DNA of 64,000 nt, taken from contig NW_024704742.1 in assembly GCF_018977255.1 (NCBI RefSeq), positions 132,372,001 to 132,436,000 on the forward strand, read 5' to 3'. The notes under the pieces were generated by a model that searched no databases, was not told the DNA's origin, and saw nothing but the letters and a program-made list of their open reading frames with translations. A program made the position numbers and the translations under genes. Position 1 is the stretch's first letter; each line of letters begins with the position of its first letter. Below, piece by piece: positions 49,216 to 60,674 of this stretch. Source of the stretch: Callorhinchus milii (taxonomy: Eukaryota).

Positions 49216-52099
49216 CTTGAAGAATTAGATAATTTTTTTTCTTTTAGAAAATAATATTTTGGGATAAGCTATATGAGTAATGACAAATGTAGAATGTTGG
49301 GAAGAACTAAGCAACTTTGGACCTAAGGTGGCCTGGGACGTCTTTCCGATGTGAAGGGTGCTATAAAAGTGTGATTTGTTGTTATTGTTGTTGTAAAGAT
49401 CCTAAAGCTTTCCACTGTGATGGTAAACTAACAGGTACAGAATTAATTGCTATCAACATCTCCATTATTGTAGCATGTGACTACCAGGATGATAGACCTA
49501 GATGGAACTTGGTCTTTTTTCATCTAGCGATTCATATGTTCCTATGTGCTACAAACGGCCGAATTACTGATTTTATAGGGAGCATTATTGTCCAGGTCAC
49601 CGAGAGAATTTTCCTTTTGAACAGTGTCACAGGAACTTAAATATCTACCTGGGCAGCTGGACAGCATCTCAGTTTCTCAGGTCTCAGCACTGGAGTGTCA
49701 GCCTAGGCTATGTGAGTTCAAAGTCCCAACAGGGAGGGCTTGAACCCACAACTTTCTGACTCAGAGGCGAGACTGCTACCAGCTCAGCCCAGACTGACAT
49801 GTTTATCTACTCAAACACATACTTTGTTCCATCCTATCGTTTTCAACTTCAGTCCTTTCCATGTGAAAATCGAGAGTGAGATCCTGTTTTTATCTCCAGG
49901 CAGACAATAAAAGCAGACGGGAGACTTTCAACACTAAAACATCTGCCAAATCGCAGAACAAACAGTTCCTGTGAAGCATAACGATGACTGGATGTGAATC
50001 ATGTTCTCATCTTCCTTGTCACCGATGGGCATCAGTAGCTCCAGGCTATAAAGCACAGGACCATTATTTGCTCGTTCCTCAGTGCTAGCCTGACAGCCCC
50101 AGGGCACATTTGCAGTGTGCGAGGATGATTAATGCTGTTTTTTTCACTTGGCAAAAACAGCAATACCCCTCCCAGGTTCTAACCTTTGTATTTGTTATGG
50201 CAATTGGACATCAACAACAACTTGCATTTATGTAGAGCCCCTCACGCAGGCTAGCGTCCCGCAGCGCTTGTCTGGGACTTTACATTGAGAGGACGCCTCA
50301 AAGTGCTTCACAGGATTCACTGTAAAGTGGAATGACTGTATTTTGTTGTAAGCGAAACATGCCAGCTAATTTGCGCAAAGCGACATCCCACAAAGAGCGA
50401 TGAAGCGAATGATCAATTTTATCTGGGGGATTGTTGGCCAGGACACCAGGAGAAACTCCCTCCTCTTTCGGAATAGCACCATGGGATGTTCAATATCTCA
50501 CCCAAAAGAACATTGTTCCCACCAACACTGCATCGACTGTGAATTGAGGGTTCAACTTGGTTGTGGGTTCAAACCCCATGTTAGCCTTGACATGAGGCTT
50601 GAGCCCCCGACCAAGACTCCAAGTGCTACCAACTGAGCCAGGCTGACACCTGAGGTGAGGTGGGAGCATTATATTCCAAAGGAGTACAAGGAAAATACAA
50701 TATCAAACTTCTTTGGTTTGTTTCAAAACAACTCTGGCAGGCAACAAGGTGCTATGGTTAGGTCATCTGTAATTCCATCTGTGGTCTGTCTTTTGTTCAC
50801 AGCTGTGTTGTTAAAGAGAAGCCTTCGGATAATGGGTACGAATGCAGTAAAACTGGTAGGATTAAAATCTCTCAACCCACTGCAAAGGCATTAAATGAAA
50901 TGAATCCCGATGTAAAATGAACAATCACTACCTACAGCTCAGTACTAACTTTGCTGCTCGCTTTGAAACAACCTGCATTGGAAATTCAATCCTCAGATAA
51001 ATTGGCCGTTCACTTCATGGTTGTTTGTGAGACCGCATTGTGTGCTAAGTGGCTGTTGCATTAGTCTTCAAATAGCCACTAACCTGACAGTAATGACACA
51101 TGAGGAACTCTGAGGCGTTTCGATGTTTTACAGTGCAATGCAATTTACTTCTATAAAGTGTCGGAGGACATCTGAAAGCGCATTGACAGTGCTGTCTGGG
51201 CAATTGAGCTGGGGCTGGGGTCTGAGGGGGTGGGGAGGGGAAAGATGACTGAAAATGAGGTCAATGGCACATTTGAGACGTGCCTTGAAAGAGGGAGTGT
51301 TTATAACGAAGGCTCTTAAATCAAATGCAAGGGTTATACAGTAGAGCCTCAGCCCATCTGACAACAAGGTTGCCACTGGATTGATGTATGTGTGCACAGA
51401 CAGATGGCTTGCTTCCTCCTCTCCCACACTCCCTCAGCTACACCCAATTTTGGAGGACAAACTTTCAACCACTTTACCCTTGACTGATGGAACTCTCTTG
51501 AGCTTCACTCCTCTCTTTCAAACTTTGAATATCTATTTGAAGATCTATCTCACTGACCACACACTCAGCCACCCACCCTCAACCTTTCCCAGTTTGTTCT
51601 CCCACTTAGTCATTGTATAGTAACTTTGAGATATTTCTCGCTCTACGATAGATATTATGGTTGGATTGTGATGAGGAGCAAGAACCCTGACTGATTTTCC
51701 AGTCCAACCCAAGGTGCTTGGTAACTGGAGAGTAAAATAAAAAATAAAGATCTTTATTTGAAATTACATTTGTATAGCTCCTTTCACATCAGGATGTCCC
51801 AAGGCACTGGACAGTCAGGGATTTGGACCCGAGCTAAGGGTTAGGATCAGGAGAGGTGGAGGGCAGGGAGGGTAGGGGTATCTGGGTGACCGAAGGGAGT
51901 CAAAGAGGAGGGTCTTGAGATGATCTTGAAGGAGGCACGGGAGGGAGTTGAAGGGACTGTGGGATAAAGTTCCAAAGGTTGGGGCAGAGAGGCTGAAGGT
52001 CTGACTGCCGATGGTGGGGTGAGCCGGGTAGGAGATATGGAACAGGGCATAGCCCACTGAGCGGAGAGTGCGGACAGATCGATATGGAGTCAGCAGGTA

Positions 52100-52460
52100 A
52101 TATAATAAAATAATCCTAGCATTTGATATAGTGCCTTATCACGTCTTTGAGACGTCTCAAAGTACTTTACAGAATACACTGTAAAGTGAATTGACTAAAG
52201 TTTGTGGACAAAATGCAGCAGCCAATTGTGCACAGCAGTGTCCCACAAACAGTTGTGGATTGAAGTGACCAACTTATTATATTTTTTAAGTAATTAATAT
52301 CTCCAGAAAAGCTATCCGCCGATTGACTAACAACCGGGCTCCTACTTATTCTAGGTAAATAGAGGCGTGTGGAGTAAGGATTGGCCAACATTTCGTCCTG
52401 CCGGGAATCGAACCCAGGACTCGCGAGGCGAGTGCTCTAACCACTGAGCTACAGGACTCC
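52100..52460 (-). mobile_element. tRNA(Ala)-derived SINE, long form, inserted within an L2 fragment (~51755-52575)
   Basis: Full head and tail plus the extra internal segment; L2 sequence resumes on both sides. Confidence 0.82.
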
Positions 52461-53382
52461 ACTCAGGTCACAGAGGGAGGAAGGAGCAAGGCTGTGGAGG
52501 GCTTTGAAGGCGAGGATTTTGAACTCTATGCTCTGGGGAATGGGGAGCCAGTGGAGCCGGATGAGGATGGGGAAAATAAAGCAAAGATTAGATCGTTTTC
52601 ATTTATGCAGAATGTTATCGGGACATGGAATGCCCTACCAAGTGGTGGTTGAAGCGGAATCTATAACAGCTTGTAAAAGGATTTTAAACACATACTTTGA
52701 AAAAAAAAGCACATAAAAGGCCATGGGGAACGGATGGGAGAGTAGGACTGAATGGATAATTTCAGAGCTGGCACATGCACAATGGTCTCTATTGCCTCCT
52801 TCTATGCTGCAAAAATTCTGTGATTCTCTGCCAGGATGAACAGCTAGAAGCTCCCTGGGCTGGGAGATGGCAACAATATAATTGTAATCATAGCCAACTG
52901 AGGAAAAGACCACCGGCAAAGGGTTTAAAACTCATCACAAAAAGTAGTCATTGTACAATTATAACTGGTGGTAATATCGAAATGTCGCATTTTACCCTCC
53001 ACAAGTGAAAATAACTTGTTTATATAGCAGTTTTCACTTTAAAAGCTTCAAAAACATTACAGAGTCTGAGTGAGTGTTGGAGTTAGAGGTAATGTTGAAT
53101 TTATACAAAACCTTGTTTTTTCCATGGACTGGTTGAGCCGAATGGCCTGTTACCATGTTGTTTGTAAATCTATGTAAATAGGATGGAGCAAGCCTGTGAA
53201 AGTAAATAATAATAATAATCCTTGTATCCAAGCTCTTTTCGAAAGTGCCATGGGATCTTTAATGTCCACCTGAAGAGGCAGATGGGACCTCAGTTTAATC
53301 TCATCTGAAAACTGACACACACCAGTGAGCCAGGCTGAGATAAAGGAATACTGAACCACAACATACATGTGAAAGTATAATA

Positions 53383-53430
53383 TACACACACACACATATA
53401 TATATATATATACATACACACACATACACA
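53383..53430. repeat. (CA)n/(TA)n compound microsatellite
   Basis: Directly visible dinucleotide runs. Confidence 0.85.
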
Positions 53431-53454
53431 ATAATCCTTGCATTTGATGTAGAG

Positions 53455-54775
53455 CCTTAATGAAACAGTCCTGGTCAAAGTGACAAATGACATTCTGTCC
53501 ATCTGCGACCAGGGCTCCCTCTGCCTCCTCATACTCCTTGACCTCTCTGCTGCCTTCAACAGTCGACCACTCTATTCTCATCCACCGCCTCTCCTTCACC
53601 TCAACCTTCCATGGCTGTCCTTGACTGGTTCAGATCGTACCTCTCACACCACCTGCACTTCTTCTCCACAAACAGCTTCTCCCCTAGCCCCCCACCGTCT
53701 CGTGTTAGGTTCCTCAGGGCTCTGTCCTTGGTCGCCTCCTCTTCAATATCTATATGCTCCCTTTTGGTGACATCATCCAGACACGGGGTCAACTTCCACA
53801 TGTATGCGGATGACACCCAACTCTCTCTCCGCCTCTACCCTCGATTCCAGGACCACTGCTGTCCTGACAGAATGTCTGTCAGACATCAACTTCTGGATAA
53901 GAGTTAATTTTCTTCAGTTGAACGTCAACAAGACGGAGGCTCTCCTGATTGTCTCCTGTCAGCGCATCCTCACCTCAAGCGCTGACAGCATCACCATCCG
54001 TGGTTGCACACTCCTCACTAAGCCAGTCCGGAACCTTGAGGTCTTGTTGACCCTCAACTATCCTTTCTACCCTACATCTGAGCCGTGACCTACTGAGCTT
54101 TCCCCCACCTCTGCAACATCGTTCAGCTCCGCCACTGTCTCACACCGCAGGTCTCCAAACCCTCACACAAGCCTTCACTGCATCGAGGCTCGACTACGCA
54201 AACTCACTGCTTGTCGGCCTCCCCAACTCCTCCCTCCATAGGCTGCAGATCATCCAGAACTCTGCAGCCCATGTCCTCTCCCACACAAGCTCCATGACCC
54301 TATCACTCCCATCCTCGCCCGACTCCACTGGTTTCCCACCACACAGAAAATAGTTCAAGATCCTGGTCCTCACCTTCAAAGCCCTCCATGATCTTGCTCC
54401 CCACTACCTCTCTGACCTCCTAACCCCCTACCATCTTGCTTGCTCCCTCCACACAATGGCCTCCGGCCTGCTTCACGTCCTCCACCTTGCTCGCCCCACT
54501 ACTGGCAGGTGGACTTTCTACCACTCTGCTCCCACCCTCTGGAACTCCATCCCGCAGTTGCTCCACCTCACCCCCTCCCTTGCCTCCTTCAAGACCCATC
54601 TCAAGACCCTCCTCTTCGACTGTGCTTTCACATCTCGCTGCTCCCCCCACCCCCTGCCCTGCATCCTCCCCAATCCTGACCCCCAGCTCGGCGCCGAAAT
54701 TCTGTCTGTCCAACGCCTTGGGACGTCCTCCCGATGTGAACGGTGCTATAAAAATATAATTTTGTTATTGTTGTT
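53455..54775 (+). mobile_element. L2 LINE, 5'-truncated, degenerate
   Basis: [20 protein letters not shown] and HMYADDTQL; same 3' hairpin and tail as 46163-47648. Confidence 0.88.
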
Positions 54776-55123
54776 ATCACGTCTTCGAGACACCTCAAAG
54801 CGCTCCACTGAATATATTGTAAAGTGAATTGACTATATTTTGTGGGCGACACACGGGAGCCAATTGCGCACAGCAGTGTCCCAGTCATGGATTGAGTGAC
54901 AAAATTATTATATCCTGTGGAAGAATATAGGTGATGTGCGAAGTGTGGAACATTATCAGTTTAAAATCTACATTCTGTAGCCCATCAAGCAACTATAACA
55001 TACATTATTTCTTTCTCTCCAGCTCTGCACGTTCAAATCATAATACAATATAACCAATAATTTGACAAGCATACCATTTGGGGGAAAAGTAGTTAAGACA
55101 CCACAAGGTTTCACATGTACACC

Positions 55124-55129
55124 TTTATT
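55124..55129 (-). terminator. Candidate FAM219A polyadenylation signal AATAAA (implies a ~4.9 kb 3'UTR)
   Basis: AATAAA on the minus strand followed by a GU/U-rich stretch (tgtgaaaccttgtggtgtctt). It sits where AT-rich, repeat-poor sequence gives way to repeat-dense intergenic DNA. Confidence 0.45.
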
Positions 55130-58107
55130 TGATATGTTACACTACAATGACCATGACCAATGTCAAATACTGCATTGTAAATGTTAAAAAAAACATAATA
55201 CATTCCTATATTCCAAAAAAATGCACAAGTCAGGAAATAAATTATTTCATAACACTGACAATAAATTAAATCGAGTTGGAACACATGACATAAGGCATAA
55301 AGCTACTTACAAAAATAAAACAAAAGAACGTCATCTACATTATGGGTTTTCAAAAATGTTTGTGGAAATGGAAGGACATATGTTGTCCCTTCAAATAGGT
55401 TAAGTTGAAGCAAATGTAAACAAACAGATATGGTCACCATATGTGGGATTCTTAGCTTTCAGTTTGTGATACTTGTTTTATTACGAACTAGAAAATGAAG
55501 CAAAGAAAGTGCAATATGGAGGTACAGGATATCTTAATGTATTCTTTGACATCTAATAATCAGCGATGCTGTTTGGCTTCTAAGCTAAAGTTCTTTGAAA
55601 GCAATGATTTAATTACAGGCAGCGCCCAGCGTGCTCTAATAATTGGGGGGGGGGGGATGTTGAAGGGCTCGGGGGGAGAGCGAAAGAGGAAATTATCTAC
55701 CAGCCCCCACAAGGGATTCTAATATATGATGGCAAATCGCCCTCAAAACTCTAGTGTCCATAAAGCGAGCAATTCTTTAAAGCGTTTTTTAAAAAAGTAA
55801 TAAAGCTGCAGAAATCTCTAAACCAGAGTATCAAGTGTCAGTAACAAATTGCATGGTTTTTGTACATAACTTGGACCAATGTGACAGCACAGGCCAGAAA
55901 ACAAAACAAAATGGGAATTACAAATTACTACTTTTTTGCATGAAAGAATTAAACTATTTTCAACTACCAGTTTGCTTAAGTGTGCAGTGAGCGTGAAACC
56001 CCTCTAGCCTTTTCATTTAGATGTTTTTTTTGTTCTCTTCATTGAAAACTTCTAAATCATTAAATCTCATACCCTGTGAAACAATTTACAAGAGTCTGAA
56101 CCATGCATTTGCAGTCTTCTGTGAAAGGTTGCTCCTAGCGGGGCAGATGTAAAAAGACTGACCAGCTGAAAGATGGTATAGCCGGTATGTACAAGTGCAT
56201 TCAGCACCTTGGGACGTCCTCCCGACGTGAATGGCGCTATACAAATGTAATTTTGTATGTATGGGAAATCTTAAATAAATACAATGGTTAAAAAAAATCT
56301 CCAATGCAAAGTCAAATGCAAAGAGCTGTCCATAAATTTTTAGTCGAGATCAAGTTTGTCTGACATTCATAAAAGTTTTGCCAAAGTGCTTTAAATATGC
56401 TGATTGCTAATATAATGCAACTGACAAAGAAAACTACAAATCAAATCCTATCAAGAAATATGGTGACGTGTCAGACTGTGTTGAAGGAATGGGCTGCCTA
56501 CATTTACACATTGTGTAGTTTTCAAAACGAGCGATGCATCGCAAGGAATGGCAAGCATCGTATTTCAAAGTCTGAATCAATCTGCCACGTGCATCAACAT
56601 CCATCTATCAGACTTCTCATTTTGTTGTACTCTTATCAAAATAAATCTCTGTGCTATTACACAAGGCAATCTATTTTCGATAACATACAAAAAGGCAGAT
56701 TGGTAAGCGAACCTATCGAACCGTACAACTTGACTGCAATCAGTTATCCTTCCAAAAGCTATTCAGAATTTCAATCTGTGGTTGGACAACATTCAGAGCA
56801 GATCACGAGTGAATGTTAGCCAGTGGGAATATATATTGTTACATTTAGTGGCCAATTGCCGTGGGCTTTTTACTTCAGCTAGCTTTTGTAGTTAATGGTC
56901 TGTATCTCTATTTGCAACACCACTCGTTTGCAACTGGAAACAGTTTAATGTCTAGTGGATACCGCATAAATGGGGTTGTGGGAAAATAGGCAACACACAC
57001 TTTAAAATGGATGTTTCAATTCAATCACAAGACTGATAAAAAAAATCCTACATAAGGTGAACACTTTATATTAAAATAAATTGTAGTGCAACAGGATCAC
57101 ATTATAAACAGTTAAGTTACTGGAATAAAGTAGCTTATTTTTGTTAACTGGAAGCTTCCTACAAAGAGCAGCATTAACTTGGAACGTGAAGACTGAATAA
57201 TTTAGACAATAGTCACTTGGTTTGCAATGGAGTGTTAGCGCAGGACACGTGCATAACCAGAAACTACACAGTACAACATTGGGATATTGATACAATTACT
57301 AATGACAACTAATCTCTTAAAGAGGATTTGAGGAGAGGGAAGAAGATTGGTGCAATGATAACTTCTGCTCTGGATCCACTAATCCATTAGGTGACTGAAG
57401 CACTGCATTTATGATTGAAGTTGTCAATGATATACTATCTCACAGCACAATACATTCAGCATGCAGACGACGCCTTGAATGTCCCCTTAAAATCATAAAA
57501 CTCGAATTGTTTTTCTTCTTTTCCCTTTACTTAAATTGATAAGTCAACGTGTCAACTTTTTTCATTTGAGGCCTATCATGAGCTTCGAGATTCTTGTTCA
57601 GTACAAATACCCAGTGAAACTGGGCAGAAGTATATCAGCCTCATTTCTTTACTGGAATACAAGTGCAACTCAGAGAATACAGATTAAAGTTTACTGTTCT
57701 TTAAAATATATATATTTGTGTGGTACATTAGCGTGGCTAAAAGTTATGGATTTTGAGAATCAGGCTGCATATTAATTAGTCTATAGTTCCTCACCGTCAA
57801 AACAAAAAACACCTGTGGTATTCCTATTGAGATATTTGCATGCATGTTTACACCAATTCCCCCACCCGATGTTTAAATTTGTTACGAATTAGGTCACTTT
57901 CACAAACCACCCTGGACATTGACTGAAAGTGGGATGTTCATGTGACCATACAGCTCTCATGCAACATGTGGACCAGGTCCCATTTCCAACCTGGACAGAT
58001 TCTCGGCCTTTTCTAACTTATGGCAGTGTGGCTCTTGTGGCAGTGTGGAGTTTAGTCTCGAGGTGGCAAACATATTGTAGGCAGACTACCCGCTTAACAT
58101 GTAGCCA

Positions 58108-58470
58108 ATAATAATAATCTTTGCATTTGTTAAAGCGCCTTATCACATCGTTGAGACGTCTCAAAGGGCATCACAGAATATACCGTAAAGTGGATTGACT
58201 GTATATCTTGTGGGAAAAATGTGGCAGCCAATTGTGCCCAGCAGTGTCCCACAAACAGTCTTGGATTGAGTGACCAATTTTAAAAAAATTGAGGGATTAT
58301 TATTCCTCCGGAGAGCAATGCGCCGATCGACTAACAACTGGGTTCCTACTTACTGCTAGGTAAACCGAGGCGTGTGGAGTAAGGAAACTTGGCTGAGGTT
58401 TCGCCCCGCCTAGGAATTGAACCCAATCTCGCTTGCAAGATGAGCGTGAATTACTACACTACGGGACTCC
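58108..58470 (-). mobile_element. tRNA(Ala)-derived SINE, long form, in the putative FAM219A 3'UTR
   Basis: Head, extra internal segment (cggtttacctagcagtaagtaggaacccagttg), Deu-like core and tail. Further long-form copies at ~16960-17260, 42388-42680, 43705-44057, 44190-44560. Confidence 0.82.
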
Positions 58471-59966
58471 ATGAGAATATGGAGTGACACTGACAAAGTC
58501 CATTAAGTTGTAGGACCTCCTGAATCTCCTCTGTCTATCCCACAGCTGGAAAAGAACTGCATGGTCACAGCAGGAGGGCAGGGAAGACAGACCTCACAGT
58601 TTTACTCAACTGGCACATTTTATAATCATCAAAAAATAAAACTTGGCCAAACTTTAAGGTTCTGATTTTACGATCTAAAAATATATAAAAGGTAGAAATT
58701 AAAATGAAGCCTTTCTTGAAATGTATAGTAGCTGTGATGTCCATTGTTTTTGCTGTTGTCCACAACATACACCTCAAAGGGCAGTTTGAGTAAAGGTTCC
58801 TAAAGAGTAATTAATATTTTCTACCATAATTTCACAACCATAAGCAGTCACTGTAATTGTTTGCCATCAATTTCTGAGTACAGTATATTCCAAACATTTC
58901 TCAACAAAATTTCTTCAACTTGATATATCGCATACTTCTATCCATCTCTACCCACTTCTAATATTTGCAAGTAAACTCTTCACACAGTTTCCTTATTCTG
59001 TCAGATTTTGCTGTAACAATTTGTAAAATCCCTTTAACTGAAGCAGAATTGCCCACCCTCATCACATACAATCCATTCCCCCCAAAATACAAATAAAACC
59101 TCACCACAGTACTTCACCTCCCTCAAAACAACCTGAAATAAAATTATACATTCATTCCAAGATTTGTGAAATTACATAACTACCAACGCTAATAGTGCAA
59201 AAATAAAATGTTTTGATAAAGAAATGGATTTTTCCCTTTTCACAACAAACTGAATACATTCAAGATTACCTTCAAACAAAATAAGCAAAAGACCTGATAT
59301 TGGTGCAATAAGTAACTCACAGTTCATAAGTACCTGGCTACCATGATAAAGGGTACTTCAGTTTTGTTTGCAGTAGGGTTTGGGGGGGCATTATGTTTAT
59401 TTATCCTAATATTACTAAATTTTAACGGAATACATGACATAAATGAGTTTGACATAACGGGATTGAGTCTAAGCTAAAGTGATCTCACTGAACCTTTTTA
59501 GGCTATTGATGTTGTCCATTGTTGGCTTGAGTTGAGTACTTATGGCAAGCTGGTACTGCTTATTGAGAAACAGGAGCACCCTTTAACTTGAATTCAACAA
59601 AAATAGTGAAATTGTAGGAGACACAACAAAAAACTTTTGGGGAATTGATTTCCAGTTTCCAGTTCACGACAAAGCTGCGGTTCATACCTACTACAATATT
59701 TTTTCTCTTCTCTCCCCCCACCCTCCAGCAGATTTGAGGGGAAAGGAAAAGTCAGAATTACACAGTAGATCGTCTGCTGAGCAGTGGGATTCATAGTCAC
59801 AATCTCTCACACAAACATCTCAACGCTGTATTCACATCCACTTCTGAATGCCACAATGATGGTCTGCTTTTTTGTCTTTTTGTTTTAAACATGGACACAA
59901 AGTGCATGTCCTACCATAGGAGGAAGCAATGGTTGTTAGTTTTACACAATTACAGTGGAAAGCGCA

Positions 59967-60122
59967 TTATTGGACATTGCAAGCAGTGGAGGTTGCCTGG
60001 CAACACATGCAGGTGGGGTTCACGGATTTGGGAGGAATAAGATCCAAGTCTTCATCGTCTGGGATTTCGTCTAACCTGTAGCCGTCCTTCAGCAGCTGGA
60101 TATTCAAGTCTTGATTAATCTG
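59967..60122 (-). CDS. FAM219A: FAM219A last coding exon: QINQDLNIQLLKDGYRLDEIPDDEDLDLIPPKSVNPTCMCCQATSTACNVQ*
   Basis: Acceptor ctttatAG; 156 nt to the TAA stop at 59969-59967; matches the FAM219A C-terminus. Confidence 0.95.
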   Translation of the reverse strand, partial: QINQDLNIQLLKDGYRLDEIPDDEDLDLIPPKSVNPTCMCCQATSTACNVQ

Positions 60123-60619
60123 CTATAAAGGGAAGAACAAACGACACTTAATCACCAATTCATTCAAAATGCCTCAGAGCATGTGTCAATGGATGAAAGC
60201 TGAAAGGGTAAATTTGTCAGAACAGCAGGCTCTGATTGGTCAATAATAATAATAAAAATAATCCTTGCATATAACGCTTTATTACATCTTTGAGAGGTCT
60301 CAAAGCGCTTCACAGAATATACTGTAAAGTGAATTAACTATATTTTGTGGTCTGCTGGTATCAGGCATCCATCTGACAGCAAACCATTCTGCTAATCGTG
60401 TCCAAACCACTGCTACCTGTTTTTTTAAAAAAAATAATTTTCTTAATATAATTCCTATAACCAGCCCTTTCCCCACGCCCCTTAATGGTTTTAACTTGAT
60501 TGTTTTCATGAAGTTGGAGAGCTGGCTGTGTTCACTGACTAATTTTTGACAACGGCAAGATGGCACCCTTCTGTGTTCTGAAGTACTTCAATTCTTTTCA
60601 CCAGTAAAAAATAACTCAC

Positions 60620-60674
60620 CTCAGCTGAGGAATAGCCTGATGAAGAGTATCTAGACATGTCAAAGTCATCATCA
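60620..60674 (-). CDS. FAM219A: FAM219A penultimate exon: (S)DDDFDMSRYSSSGYSSAE
   Basis: 55-nt exon with ttttgcAG acceptor and GTGAGT donor; phase is consistent with both neighbouring exons. Confidence 0.95.

Noticed and set aside
32900..55000. Human FAM219A neighbours (C9orf24/SPMIP6, MYORG, NUDT2) expected downstream
   Set aside because: I found no recognisable peptide matches in the unique segments I translated; diverged small exons cannot be excluded without tBLASTn.
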